64,000 nucleotides of DNA, taken from assembly GCA_963798845.1 (NCBI GenBank), contig CAWCUS010000004.1, positions 160,001-224,000 on the forward strand. The letters are read 5' to 3'. Positions 52,811 through 62,978 of this stretch are shown here, piece after piece; within the stretch, counting starts at the first letter, position 1, and every line of letters begins with the position of its first letter. The notes beneath the pieces are model-generated. The model was not told the DNA's origin, did no database searches, and worked only from the letters and a program-made list of their open reading frames with translations. A program made the translations under genes and the position numbers. The stretch is from an uncultured Gemmatimonadales bacterium (lineage in GTDB: Bacteria; Gemmatimonadota; Gemmatimonadetes; Longimicrobiales; RSA9).

Positions 52811-54276
52811 TGGAGATCCACCCAGACGGACTTGACCTGGGTGTAAAGCTCCAGCGCGTGCTTCCCGAGCTCACGGCCGTAGCCGGACTGCTTGTAGCCG
52901 CCGAACGGCGAGGCCGCATCCAGCGGGTGGTACGTGTTGACCCACACGGTGCCCGCCTCGAGCCGCGCCGCGACCCGGTGTGCGCGCTTCACGTCACGGG
53001 TCCAGAGCGCCGCCGCGAGTCCGTAGATCGTCCGGTTCGCCAGCTCTACCGCCTCTTCCTCGTCCTCGAAGATGAGCGTCGCGAGCACGGGACCGAAGAT
53101 CTCCTCCCGCGCGATCGTCGCTTCCGGAGAGACCGCGTCGAAGATCGTCGGCTCGATCCAGAACCCGCCCCCTCCACCAGCGGCTCGCCCGCCGCCGGCG
53201 AGCACTTTCGCGCCTTCCGCGCGCCCCTTCTCGATGTAGCCCAACACGCGCGCCAGCTGCTCCCCCGAGATCACCGGGCCGTACCGCCGCCCTGGCTCGA
53301 GCGGCTCGCCGGGCTGCAGGCGGCCCACTCGCTGTACCAGCCGCTCCATGAACTCGTCGTGGATGGAGCGCTGGACCAGGAGCCGCGAGCCCGCCGTGCA
53401 GCACTGGCCGGCGTTGTAGAAGATCCCGTTGAAGGCGCCGCGAACGGCCGCGTCCAGGTCGGCGTCCTCGAACACGATGTTCGGGGACTTCCCGCCCAGC
53501 TCCAGCGACAGCTTCTTCAGCGTGTCGGCGCCCTCCCGCATGATTTGCTTGCCCACGGCCGTCGAGCCGGTAAACGCGATCTTGTCCACGTCCGGGTGCC
53601 GGACCAGCGCCGCACCTGCCGTCTGACCGAAGCCGGGCACCACGTTCAGCGCGCCGGCCGGCAGCCCGGCATCGGCGGCGATCGCGGCCAGCTCCAGCGC
53701 CGTCAGCGGCGTCTGTTCGGCCGGCTTCAGCACCACCGCGTTTCCGCAGGCCAGGGCCGGGGCCACCTTCCAGGCAGCCATCAGGAGCGGGAAGTTCCAC
53801 GGGATGATGGCGCCCACCACCCCCACCGGCTCGCGCAGCGTGTAGTTCAGCACGCGGCCCCGAACGGGAATCGTCTCGCCGTCCAGCTTGGAGGCCCAGC
53901 CGGCGTAATAGGTGAAAGCGTCGGCCGCCTGCTCGATGTCGATCGCCGCCTCCCGCAGCGGCTTGCCATTGTCCAGCGTCTCGAGGCGCTTCAGCGCCTC
54001 AGCCCGCTCCCGGATCCCGCGGCCGATCCGCGCCACCACCTCGCCCCGGTCCAGCGCGTCCATCCGGCGCCATTCCGACCCGGGCGCTGCCACCGACCGC
54101 GCCGCCCGCACCGCCGCGGCCACGTCGGGTTCCTTCGCCTCCGCGACCTCCGCCAGCACCTCGCCCGTCCCGGGGTTCCACGTGGTGAAGCGGCCGCCGT
54201 CGTCGGCTTGGCGCCATTCGCCGCCGATGAAGAGCTGATCCGGGGCCAGCCGGATCTCGGAGCTTTCTCTGGCCAT
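52807..54276 (-). CDS. NAD-dependent aldehyde dehydrogenase
   Basis: [36 protein letters not shown]. Confidence 0.95.
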   Translation of the reverse strand: MARESSEIRLAPDQLFIGGEWRQADDGGRFTTWNPGTGEVLAEVAEAKEPDVAAAVRAARSVAAPGSEWRRMDALDRGEVVARIGRGIRERAEALKRLETLDNGKPLREAAIDIEQAADAFTYYAGWASKLDGETIPVRGRVLNYTLREPVGVVGAIIPWNFPLLMAAWKVAPALACGNAVVLKPAEQTPLTALELAAIAADAGLPAGALNVVPGFGQTAGAALVRHPDVDKIAFTGSTAVGKQIMREGADTLKKLSLELGGKSPNIVFEDADLDAAVRGAFNGIFYNAGQCCTAGSRLLVQRSIHDEFMERLVQRVGRLQPGEPLEPGRRYGPVISGEQLARVLGYIEKGRAEGAKVLAGGGRAAGGGGGFWIEPTIFDAVSPEATIAREEIFGPVLATLIFEDEEEAVELANRTIYGLAAALWTRDVKRAHRVAARLEAGTVWVNTYHPLDAASPFGGYKQSGYGRELGKHALELYTQVKSVWVDLH

Positions 54277-54378
54277 GAATTCCTTCGGTCTGTGGGGGGG
54301 TGAAGCCGAACGGCGTCTGGGTTGGACGGGATGCCGGCCGGCGGCGTTCGAGCCCCTGGCCGGCGACCCGTGGGCGGC

Positions 54379-55212
54379 CTACTTCCCCTTGAACTGGGGC
54401 TTCCGCTTCTCCAGGTAGCTGCCGATCCCCTCGCGCGCGTCCTGGCTCTGGAACAGCTGCTGCTGCAGCTCCCGCTCGACGGCCAGCGCCTCGGCCAGCG
54501 GCAACTCCCAGCCGGTTTGCACGGAGCGCTTGATCATGCCCACGGCCTTCGCGGCGCGGTTCGGCGGCGCGAAGGAGACCGCATACTCCATCGCCTTCTG
54601 CATGAAGGCCTCGTGACTGTCCGCCTCCCAAACGTCGTTCACCAGGCCGTACTCCTTCGCCTTCTCGAAATCGAAAGTGGCGCCCGTGGCCATCAGCTCG
54701 ATCGCCCGCGACTTGCCCACGATCCTCGCCAGGCGCTGCGTTCCGCCGGTCCCCGGCAGCACGCCCAGGGTCACTTCCGGCAGCCCGATCTTGCCGCCGC
54801 CCTTGCGTGCAATGCGGATGTCGGCCGCCAGAGCGATCTCCAGACCGCCACCGACCGTGTGACCGTTCAGTGCCGCGATCACCAGCTTGGGCGTCTGCTC
54901 CAGCCGCTGCAGCGTCTCGTTCGCGTGCAGGCAGAAACAGTACTTGAATCCGGCGGTCACCTCGTCCAGCATCTGGATGTTCGCCCCGGCCGAGAAGAAC
55001 TTCTCTCCCTTTCCGGTGATCATGATGACGTGAACGTCGTCGCGCATGCGTGCACGCAGAACCCCGTCATCGATCTGGCGCATCATGGCGTAGGTGTACG
55101 TATTGGCGGGCGGGTCGTCGAGCGTCATGATGGCCACGCCGTCCTTCACCTCGAAATGGACGAGCGTCTTCTTCGTGCCCTCCTGGTCCTCCCTGTGGGG
55201 ATCCTGGGCCAT
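54379..55212 (-). CDS. Enoyl-CoA hydratase/isomerase family protein
   Basis: FFSAGANI, GGGLEIA, LPEVTLGVLPGTGGTQRL. Confidence 0.9.
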   Translation of the reverse strand: MAQDPHREDQEGTKKTLVHFEVKDGVAIMTLDDPPANTYTYAMMRQIDDGVLRARMRDDVHVIMITGKGEKFFSAGANIQMLDEVTAGFKYCFCLHANETLQRLEQTPKLVIAALNGHTVGGGLEIALAADIRIARKGGGKIGLPEVTLGVLPGTGGTQRLARIVGKSRAIELMATGATFDFEKAKEYGLVNDVWEADSHEAFMQKAMEYAVSFAPPNRAAKAVGMIKRSVQTGWELPLAEALAVERELQQQLFQSQDAREGIGSYLEKRKPQFKGK

Positions 55213-55409
55213 GCCGTTCCTCCGGAAAGGGTCCTGTCTCTCGTGTGAAAACGCGGACGCGCCCTCGGTTCAACCGATAGGCGCGTCCATCGCCGGAAAC
55301 GGCCGCAACGTACGGGCCCCCGGAACCACGGGTCAACCCCTGGCGACTTGCCCGCCCCTCCCGCCAGGAATAACTTTCAACAACTGTCCACCCACTCCGG
55401 AATTTCTCT

Positions 55410-56144
55410 GTGCCACGTCCTTTCTGGCTCCCGGCAATGCTGTCGCTCGCCCTGTCCGTCGGTGCGCTCGCCGCGTGCGGGGACGAGATCACGGACCCGG
55501 ACGCCCTGGTCGACTCGGCCGAGGCGGAGGCAGTGATGCGCTCGGCCGCCGCGCTCCCCTCGCTTCCCGAGCTCGCCGCGACCGCGCACGTGGACGGCGC
55601 GGAGCAGGCTTCGCTCTTCCGCTCCATCGAGCTCTGGAGCTCGGGCACTGCGGCCACCGACCGCCGCGGGCGCGCGCAGCGCCGGATGGCCGTGACGTAC
55701 GCCGCTCCCGTGCTCGCAGGCGCACTCGACAGCGCGCAATGGAGCGCGGCCCGCCAGCGTGTGGAGGACTGGCTCGGTAAAGCCGACGCCATGCTCCGGC
55801 ACATCAGCATACCCGCCGTCGACGAACGCCTGCGGGCCGCGCGCGCCCTCCTCACGCGAGCCGACGCTTCCACCGACATCCGCGGCCGCGCCTATTACCT
55901 GCTGCTCGCGTCCTCGGAGCTGGTGGAGACCACGCCCCGGCACGTGGCCCGCTCCATGGCCGCCGATGCCGACGCCGCAGTGCGTGCGTCCGAGGCGAGG
56001 AGGCCCCCGGGGAACGGGGAACAGGCGACGCTGGCGCGGGCACGTCGTCTGAAGGATTGGGCGGCGCGGGCCGTAGAGGCGGGGGAATACCTGCTCGCCA
56101 TCCAGCGGGCCTACTACGCGATCGAGCTGGCGGAATCCAAATGA
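55410..56144 (+). CDS. Putative lipoprotein, helical
   Basis: Hydrophobic N-terminus ending in LAAC (lipobox); ATGA overlap with nfeD. Confidence 0.7.
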   Translation: MPRPFWLPAMLSLALSVGALAACGDEITDPDALVDSAEAEAVMRSAAALPSLPELAATAHVDGAEQASLFRSIELWSSGTAATDRRGRAQRRMAVTYAAPVLAGALDSAQWSAARQRVEDWLGKADAMLRHISIPAVDERLRAARALLTRADASTDIRGRAYYLLLASSELVETTPRHVARSMAADADAAVRASEARRPPGNGEQATLARARRLKDWAARAVEAGEYLLAIQRAYYAIELAESK

Positions 56145-57568
56145 AGAGAACTCCTTTGGTGTCGGTCCGATCCGTGCCTGCGGCGCCCCGGCCGCGCCGC
56201 GTGCGCCCCCACACAGCGGGCGCCATCATGCTCGCGGCCGCGCTCTCGACCGTGCCCTCGTGCGGCCGTGAGGTCGCGGCGCCCCCCTCGGGGCCCGTGG
56301 TCTTCAGGGTTCCAGTCAAGAACACCATCGAGCTGGGCCTCGCACCGTTCGTGGAGCGGAGCCTGAAGGAGGCCCGCGCGGCGGGCGCGCAGGCCGTGGT
56401 CCTGGAGCTGGATACGCCGGGCGGGCGTGTGGATGCCGCGATGAAGATCGTCAACGCCATCGAGGACACCGACATCCCGGTTTATGCCTACGTGAACCGC
56501 TGGGCTCTGTCGGCTGGCGCCATGATCGCGCTGGCCACCAATGGCGTGTTCATGCGGGACGGCGCAGTGATGGGCGCTGCCACACCCGTGAACGGCCAGG
56601 GCCAAAAGGCCCCGGAAAAGATCGTGAGCGCCATGCGCAGCGAGATGCGCGCGCTGGCCGAGCGGCGAGGGCTCGATCCACGCGTGGCCGAGGCCATGGT
56701 GGACGAGAACGTCGAGGTGGACGGTGTAGTCGCGCGGGGACAGCTCCTGACGCTGACTACGGACGAGGCGGAAACCGCAGGGTTCGCCCGATCGACGAAG
56801 GATTTCGATGACGTGCTGTCCCAGGTCGGCGCGGCGGACGCGCGGGTGGTGGACGCCAGCATCAACTGGGCGGAAGGGCTGGTCCGCTTCATCACCCACC
56901 CAATGGTCGCGCCGCTCCTCCTGTCCCTTGGTTTCCTCGGGCTCCTGATCGAGATCAAGACCCCGAGCTTCGGACTGGCCGGTGCCGCCGGCGGGGTGGC
57001 CCTGGCCCTGTTCTTCGGCGGCCACTACCTGGTCGGGCTCGCCGGAATGGAGGAGATCATCCTGCTCGGCGCCGGAGTGGTGCTGCTGGGCGTCGAGGTC
57101 TTCCTGATTCCGGGATTCGGCGTTTTCGGCATCCTCGGCATCCTCGGCGTTCTCGGCAGCATCTATCTCAGCCTCGTCGGGAGCCTCTCGACGGCGGTGG
57201 ACTACAGCCACGCGGCCATGATCCTCTCCCTGTCCGTCCTCATCGTCGTCGTGAGCGCCTGGGCCATCCTGCGCACGCTCCCGCGCAACCGGCGGCTACT
57301 GCGTTCCGGCATCATGCTGGCGGAATCGACGAACCGGGAGACGGGCTACATGTCCGCCGCGGTCCGAGCGGATCTCGTGGGCCGGCAGGGCACGGCGGTC
57401 ACCGACCTGCGCCCGGCCGGCATCGGCCGTTTCGGCGAGGAACGGCTGGACATCGTGGCGGAGGAAGGCTGGCTCAAGGTGGGGACCCCCATCGAGGTGG
57501 TTCGCTCCGAGGGGTACCGCCACGTCGTTCGCGCCGTGACCGCGGCGCAATCCGGCGAGTCCGCCTAG
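56141..57568 (+). CDS. nfeD: NfeD-family membrane-bound serine protease (long form)
   Basis: [24 protein letters not shown] region, TDLRPAG OB-fold. Confidence 0.9.
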   Translation: MKRTPLVSVRSVPAAPRPRRVRPHTAGAIMLAAALSTVPSCGREVAAPPSGPVVFRVPVKNTIELGLAPFVERSLKEARAAGAQAVVLELDTPGGRVDAAMKIVNAIEDTDIPVYAYVNRWALSAGAMIALATNGVFMRDGAVMGAATPVNGQGQKAPEKIVSAMRSEMRALAERRGLDPRVAEAMVDENVEVDGVVARGQLLTLTTDEAETAGFARSTKDFDDVLSQVGAADARVVDASINWAEGLVRFITHPMVAPLLLSLGFLGLLIEIKTPSFGLAGAAGGVALALFFGGHYLVGLAGMEEIILLGAGVVLLGVEVFLIPGFGVFGILGILGVLGSIYLSLVGSLSTAVDYSHAAMILSLSVLIVVVSAWAILRTLPRNRRLLRSGIMLAESTNRETGYMSAAVRADLVGRQGTAVTDLRPAGIGRFGEERLDIVAEEGWLKVGTPIEVVRSEGYRHVVRAVTAAQSGESA

Positions 57569-57611
57569 CACGTCCGGTCCTGGCACTGACTTCTTCGATG
57601 GAGAATCCGAT

Positions 57612-58610
57612 ATGGAAGGCGTAGCGATTCTGACGCCCCTGTTGCTGGTGGCCGTGGCGATCTTCGTCATCGCCCTGTTCTGGGCGGTTCCCGTGCGACT
57701 GTGGATCGAGGCGGTCTTCGCCGGCGTCACCGTGGGACTGGGCGACCTCATCGGCATGCGGCTGCGGAAGGTGAACCCTGCCGGTGTGATCCGGCCCCTC
57801 ATTGCGGCTACGAAGGCGGGGCTCTCCCTCACCACGAAACAGCTCGAGGCCCACTACCTCGCCGGCGGCCACGTGGATCGCGTGGTCAAGGCACTGATCA
57901 GCGCCGACAAGGCCAACATCGAGCTCCCCTTCCAGCAGGCGGCGGCGATCGACCTGGCCGGGCGCGATGTCCTGGAGGCGGTGAAGGTGTCGGTCAATCC
58001 CAAGGTCATCAACACGCCCAAGGTGGCGGCGATGGCGAAGGACGGCATCCAGCTCATCGCCATCGCCCGTGTGACGGTGCGTGCCAACATCAACCGCCTG
58101 GTGGGCGGGGCAGGGGAGGACACGATCCTGGCCCGCGTGGGCGAGGGAATCGTTTCGACCATCGGGTCGAGTATTTCGCACAAGGCGGTGCTCGAGAACC
58201 CGGACGCCATTTCCAAGACGGTCCTGGGCAAGGGACTCGACTCTGGCACTGCGTACGAGATCCTCTCCATCGACATCGCGGACGTGGACGTGGGCAAGAA
58301 CATCGGCGCCGAGCTCCAGACGGACCAGGCGGAGGCGGACAAGCGCATCGCGCAGGCCAAGGCGGAGGAGCGACGGGCCATGGCCGTAGCCGCGGAGCAG
58401 GAGAACCGCGCGAAGGTGGAGGAAATGCGGGCGCGGGTGGTGGCGGCCGAGGCCGAGGTCCCACTCGCCATGGCCGAGGCGTTCCGCAACGGCAACATGG
58501 GGATCATGGACTACGTTCGCTATCGCAATGTCAACGCGGACACGGACATGCGGAATGCGATAGCGCGCGAGCCGCAGACCGGCCCGGACGGCGGCAATGG
58601 AAGGGACTAG
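57612..58610 (+). CDS. floA: Flotillin-like protein FloA (YqfA family)
   Basis: [54 protein letters not shown]. Confidence 0.93.
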   Translation: MEGVAILTPLLLVAVAIFVIALFWAVPVRLWIEAVFAGVTVGLGDLIGMRLRKVNPAGVIRPLIAATKAGLSLTTKQLEAHYLAGGHVDRVVKALISADKANIELPFQQAAAIDLAGRDVLEAVKVSVNPKVINTPKVAAMAKDGIQLIAIARVTVRANINRLVGGAGEDTILARVGEGIVSTIGSSISHKAVLENPDAISKTVLGKGLDSGTAYEILSIDIADVDVGKNIGAELQTDQAEADKRIAQAKAEERRAMAVAAEQENRAKVEEMRARVVAAEAEVPLAMAEAFRNGNMGIMDYVRYRNVNADTDMRNAIAREPQTGPDGGNGRD

Positions 58611-58613
58611 ACG

Positions 58614-59282
58614 GTGAGCGGCTTCGAGATCCTCATCATCCTGCTCTTCATCATCATCCCGATCGTGCAGGCGGTGTCGGGAAAGGGCCGGACGGGGACA
58701 GGTCCGCCCCGGCCGCCGCAGACGCCCCGGTCCCGGCCGTCCGCCGGAACCCGCGACAGCGGCCGGGGCTGGTCCGGCGCAGCCCCCGGCCAGGATCCTG
58801 GCTCGCCCGCGGAGCTCCCCTCCGCCGCGGACATGGTTCCGGACGACCTGTGGGCGATCCTCACCGGGGAGCGTCGTCCGGGCGCGCGCGGTCCCGCGGC
58901 GCCGTCGCCCTGGTCTGGCGAGCATGAACCGGGCACGGCGACCTCAGCACCGGGGGAGTCGTGGGGCGAGGAGGTCGCCGGCGTTCCGACGCCCATGCCG
59001 CCCGGGGAGCGGCGTGAGGACGAGCTCGCCGCCCCCGGGAGAGGCGTGCGCGGCGAAGCGATCTCTCTCGAATACATGGGCCCCGAGGCCATCAGCCTGG
59101 AAACGCTCCCGGCTCCTCCCGAGGTGCGCCAGGCGGCCTTTCACGCGCGCCTGCACGACGGGTCGCACCCTCGGCTGTCCAGGCATCCCCGTGGCGTGCT
59201 ACGGCACACGCTCCGTCAGCCGGCGGGGCTCCGGCGGGCGGTGATGCTGGCGGAGATCCTCGGGCCTCCGCGGGGAGCCTAG
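58614..59282 (+). CDS. Membrane-anchored Pro-rich hypothetical protein (third gene of nfeD-floA operon)
   Basis: N-terminal TM; C-terminal LRRAVMLAEILGPP. Confidence 0.7.
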   Translation: MSGFEILIILLFIIIPIVQAVSGKGRTGTGPPRPPQTPRSRPSAGTRDSGRGWSGAAPGQDPGSPAELPSAADMVPDDLWAILTGERRPGARGPAAPSPWSGEHEPGTATSAPGESWGEEVAGVPTPMPPGERREDELAAPGRGVRGEAISLEYMGPEAISLETLPAPPEVRQAAFHARLHDGSHPRLSRHPRGVLRHTLRQPAGLRRAVMLAEILGPPRGA

Positions 59283-59287
59283 GGGCC

Positions 59288-59393
59288 CGCGGCGCGACCG
59301 CCCGCCTGCGGCGCGACCGCCCGCCCGCGGCGCGACCGCCCGCCCGCGGCGCGACCGCCCGCCTGCGGCGCCACCGCCCGCCCGCGGCGCCAC
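59288..59393. repeat. 19-bp tandem repeat, about 5.6 copies
   Basis: Unit YGCGGCGCSACCGCCCGCC at 59288, 59307, 59326, 59345, 59364 and partial at 59383. Confidence 0.92.
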
Positions 59394-59498
59394 AGGACGC
59401 GCGTCTGCCAGACGCCCCGGGGCCGCGCACTTTCGGCAGGGTGGAGAGTGGGCACCGTGCGGGTTATATTGCCGCTCCCCTCAAACTCGGAATGCAGG

Positions 59499-59581
59499 GC
59501 CGGGGTGGCGGAATGGCAGACGCGGCGGACTCAAAATCCGCTGGGCGCAAGCCCGTGTGGGTTCGAATCCCACCCTCGGCA
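59499..59581 (+). tRNA. tRNA-Leu(CAA)
   Basis: Acceptor GCCGGGG/CCTCGGC-A; anticodon arm GCGGA-CTCAAAA-TCCGC; long variable arm; GTTCGAATC; CCA not encoded; TATATT -10-like box at 59465. Confidence 0.95.
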
Positions 59582-59714
59582 CTTCTTTCCCTCGACATGG
59601 CGGTCCTCGACCGGCGGGCGGCGCTGGACGCGAGCGCGCCCGCCTCTTGCGCTGGTGTCCTATTTGCCAGGATGTTGGCGAGGAGTCAGGCACGCACTCA
59701 CAACGGCCAGGACC

Positions 59715-60059
59715 ATGGACGCCTTCGATCGCAGGGAGAACGGAATCGGCGAGTCCGAGCGCTGGATGTCGGTCATTCTCGGGGGAATGCTCATCCTGTC
59801 CAGCCTGCGCCGACGCGACACTCTGGCCGGGACGCTCTTCGCCCTGGGCGGCAGCGCGCTCGTCTACAGGGGCATCAGCGGCGGAGCCAGCCTCTTCTCC
59901 GCCGCCGGTGACCTGCTCCGCGGCGCCGTGGAAGGGGAGGCGGGGTCGGACTGGTCCGGTGCGGAGGTGGACGAAGTCGAGGAGGCGTCGATGGAGTCTT
60001 TCCCTGCCAGCGACGCCCCCTCCTGGACGCCGACCTCGAGCATAGATTCCGGGGACTGA
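59715..60059 (+). CDS. Small membrane protein (YgaP/DUF2892-like) with ESFPASD acidic tail
   Basis: NGIGESERWMS...LVYRGISG; VDEVEEASMESFPASDAPSW. Confidence 0.65.
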   Translation: MDAFDRRENGIGESERWMSVILGGMLILSSLRRRDTLAGTLFALGGSALVYRGISGGASLFSAAGDLLRGAVEGEAGSDWSGAEVDEVEEASMESFPASDAPSWTPTSSIDSGD

Positions 60060-60066
60060 GCCCGCC

Positions 60067-61014
60067 ATGAGCGCGTTCCCGCCGAAGGTGGCGGAGCTCG
60101 AGCGGCGCCTCGGCCCCGGGCGCATCGAGCGCGACGCGCCCCTGGCCGCATTCACGACGTTCCGCATCGGCGGCCCGGCGGACCTCCTTTACCGCCCGCG
60201 CAGCGCCGAAGAGCTCGCCCTCGCCGTGACCGCGGCGCGCGAGCTGGAGATCCCCCATTTCCTCCTCGGCGCGGGAGCCAACATCCTCGTGGGGGATGGC
60301 GGATTCCGGGGGCTGGTCATCCGGAACCGCGCGCGGGAGATCACCTTTCTGAAAGACCACCGCGTTCGGGCGGAGAGCGGGGTGATGGTCTTCCACGACC
60401 TCATCCAGGCGACGGCGGCCCGCGGCCTGGGCGGGCTGCACCACTACGTCGGCATTCCGAGCACCGTGGGCGGCGCGATGTGGCAGAACCTCCACTTCCT
60501 CAGCCCGCCCCCCGGCCGGGAGCGGACCGTCTTCATCGAGGAAGTGCTGGAATCGTGCGAGCTCCTCACGGCTGAAGGGGAGCGGCGAACGGTCGAGGCC
60601 GACTACCTCCGGTTCGGGTACGATCACAGCATCCTCCACGAGCGCGACGACATCGTGCTCAGCGCCACGTTCCGGCTTCAGCCCGCCGCCGAGGACGAGC
60701 TGCGCTTCGTCATCCGCGAGAACCTGCGCTGGCGCGACGACCGCCATCCCGACCTCTGGCTCTACCCGTCGGCGGGGTCGGTCTTCAAGAAGATCGAGGG
60801 CGAAGGCGCGGGCCGGCTGATCGACCAGTGTGGCCTGAAGGGCCACGTCCACGGCCGGGCGCAGATCTTCCACCGTCACGCCAATATCATCGTGAACCTC
60901 GGCGGCGCAACGGCCCGGGAGGTCGTCGAGCTCATGGACCTCGCCCGCGATACGGTGGACCGGCGTCTGGGGCTCCAGCTCGAGCCGGAGATCGGGCTGA
61001 TCGGCGAATTCTGA
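60067..61014 (+). CDS. murB: UDP-N-acetylenolpyruvoylglucosamine reductase
   Basis: TTFRIGGPAD, LGAGANIL, GIPSTVGGA, PSAGSVFK, HANIIVN, LEPEI. Confidence 0.93.
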   Translation: MSAFPPKVAELERRLGPGRIERDAPLAAFTTFRIGGPADLLYRPRSAEELALAVTAARELEIPHFLLGAGANILVGDGGFRGLVIRNRAREITFLKDHRVRAESGVMVFHDLIQATAARGLGGLHHYVGIPSTVGGAMWQNLHFLSPPPGRERTVFIEEVLESCELLTAEGERRTVEADYLRFGYDHSILHERDDIVLSATFRLQPAAEDELRFVIRENLRWRDDRHPDLWLYPSAGSVFKKIEGEGAGRLIDQCGLKGHVHGRAQIFHRHANIIVNLGGATAREVVELMDLARDTVDRRLGLQLEPEIGLIGEF

Positions 61015-61111
61015 GCATCGACCCCGTCGCGGGCGCGCGAAGGTCCGCTCCTTGCAACGATAAGACTCTGGCGGCTAATCACTTACCGATAATCAGCCGG
61101 TCAGGGAGCGC

Positions 61112-62098
61112 ATGGAGCGACGCAAGAAGGAAGCGGCGGCGGTGGGGTTGGCGGCGTCCACGCTGGCGCTGCTCGGCGCGGGCCTGTCCGGCTCCGGTCC
61201 CACGCCTACGGCACCGGTCGTGAACGTGCCGGAGCCGGAGCCGGCGGCGCAGCCGGACGCGGACCTGTTGAAGGATGTCATTCCCAAGCAGTGGGACCTT
61301 CCGTCGCAGCGAAACGAGCGGGTGGATTTCTTCATCGATTTCCTGAAGGGTGAGCGCTACGACGACATGCAGCAGTGGCTGGAGCGGATCGGCAGATACG
61401 GCCCGATGATCCGCCAGGAGCTGCGCGCCCGTGGCATGCCGGAGGACCTGCTCTTCCTCGCCATCATCGAGAGCGGCCTGGACCCGAATGCGTATTCTTC
61501 GGCGGATGCGGCGGGGATGTGGCAGTTCATTGCGCCGACGGCGAGGCGGTATGGGCTGGAGGTATCCCGCTACGTGGACGAGCGGCGGGACCCGGTGAAG
61601 GCGACGGATGCGGCGCTGACGTACCTCCAGGAGCTCCACGAACGTTTCGGCAGCTACTTCCTGGCCGCGGCGAGCTACAACACGGGCGAGAACCGTGTCG
61701 GCCGGATCATGAAGGAGGTCACCGGGAGCGAGGAGGGGACGGACGCCGACTACTGGAAGATCGGGGATCGGCTTCCGCGCGAGACGCGCGACTACGTCCC
61801 GCTCATGCTGGCGGCGGCCTACATCGCGAAGGACCCGGGGGCGTATGGATTCCCGACCCTCCAGTTCGAGCAGCCGCTCCGCTTCCAGGAAGTGTCGGTT
61901 CCGGGGGGGACCACGCTGTCCACCGTCGCGGCAGCGGCGGGCGTCCCCGCCGAAGAGGTGATCGACCTCAACCCGCAGCTGGTCCGGAAACAGACGCCCC
62001 CGAACCGGGAGTGGCAGGTCCGAATCCCGGAGGGTACGGGTCAGACGTTCGCGGCCAACTTCGGCGGCTCTGCGGCCGGACCGGCGCTGGCCGAGTAG
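61112..62098 (+). CDS. MltD-like lytic transglycosylase with C-terminal LysM-like domain
   Basis: AIIESG, AGMWQF, DERRDP, ASYNTGE, LPRETRDYVP, DLNPQL. Confidence 0.9.
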   Translation: MERRKKEAAAVGLAASTLALLGAGLSGSGPTPTAPVVNVPEPEPAAQPDADLLKDVIPKQWDLPSQRNERVDFFIDFLKGERYDDMQQWLERIGRYGPMIRQELRARGMPEDLLFLAIIESGLDPNAYSSADAAGMWQFIAPTARRYGLEVSRYVDERRDPVKATDAALTYLQELHERFGSYFLAAASYNTGENRVGRIMKEVTGSEEGTDADYWKIGDRLPRETRDYVPLMLAAAYIAKDPGAYGFPTLQFEQPLRFQEVSVPGGTTLSTVAAAAGVPAEEVIDLNPQLVRKQTPPNREWQVRIPEGTGQTFAANFGGSAAGPALAE

Positions 62099-62122
62099 GC
62101 TCTCGCTGCAGACCGGCAGCCG

Positions 62123-62920
62123 TCAGACGCCGCCGGACTGGCCGCCGCCCGGCTGCCCGCCGTGCTGACCGGGCCCGTGCCCGCGCTGCGTCGGTGGTCC
62201 GGCCCCGGGCGGTACCGGCGGCGTTCCAGGCTTTCCGTGGCCGCGGCCAGGGGGGCCGTCCCCCATGAGCCCCGGCGGAGTGCCCTGGTGCATGGCATGG
62301 GCGACGGCGGCCGCCGCCTGGGCCGGCAGCGATCCCTGCCGGATCATCCGCTCGACTGCCGCGGGTATGTCGCGGAGTTCGTCCGCGCGGGCGCCGCGGC
62401 CGCGCCACGCGTCGAGCACGGCCACGGCCTCGTCGACGGGCACGCCTTCATCGATGAGGTCGCCGAGGGTGTGCACGGCTAGCGCGAGCGGTTCACCACG
62501 GCGCGACCGCTCGGCCATGTGCCGGATCGCCTGCTGGGGCACGCCCCGGCGCAGCGCATCGGCCACGGCCGCGACCTCGGTCGGGCCCCGGACGCCGGTG
62601 CGTGCGTCAGGCCCCGCCTGCAGGAGCGAGCGCGCTTCTCCGAGCTGGGCGGCGAGACGGTCCACGGCGCCCACGATCATGGGCGCCGACACTCCCTTGG
62701 CCAGGCCCTCGACGGCCTTGTCCAGGAGCGGGTCCGTGGGAAGACCCTCGTTGCGGGCGCGGTTCATCACCTGCTGGATCTGCTCCGCCGCCTCGGGCGG
62801 CAGCCCGGCGCGGATCCGCGCCATCTCCTCGACCCGCTCCTGCTGGGCCGCCGCAGCGGACGCCGACAGCAGCACCAGCGCCGTGGTCGCCCAGCCGATT
62901 CGTCGCCCGCGCTTTGTCAT
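62123..62920 (-). CDS. Secreted hypothetical protein with Gly/Pro-rich tail
   Basis: Signal peptide ending ASAAAA-Q; GLP-x-DPL-x-DKA-x-EG-x-AKG. Confidence 0.7.
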   Translation of the reverse strand: MTKRGRRIGWATTALVLLSASAAAAQQERVEEMARIRAGLPPEAAEQIQQVMNRARNEGLPTDPLLDKAVEGLAKGVSAPMIVGAVDRLAAQLGEARSLLQAGPDARTGVRGPTEVAAVADALRRGVPQQAIRHMAERSRRGEPLALAVHTLGDLIDEGVPVDEAVAVLDAWRGRGARADELRDIPAAVERMIRQGSLPAQAAAAVAHAMHQGTPPGLMGDGPPGRGHGKPGTPPVPPGAGPPTQRGHGPGQHGGQPGGGQSGGV

Positions 62921-62978
62921 GATCGTGAGTCCTCGAAAGTTGCCGTCTGCATCATGGACGCCTCAGACCCCTCCCGGG

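Noticed and set aside
55341..55352. sigma54 promoter (TGGCGACTTGC)
   Set aside because: GG-to-GC spacing is too short for a -24/-12 element
59288..59393. CRISPR array
   Set aside because: Units are contiguous with no unique spacers; no cas genes
59499..59700. Integrative element at tRNA-Leu
   Set aside because: No integrase and no duplicated tRNA 3' end noticed in the window
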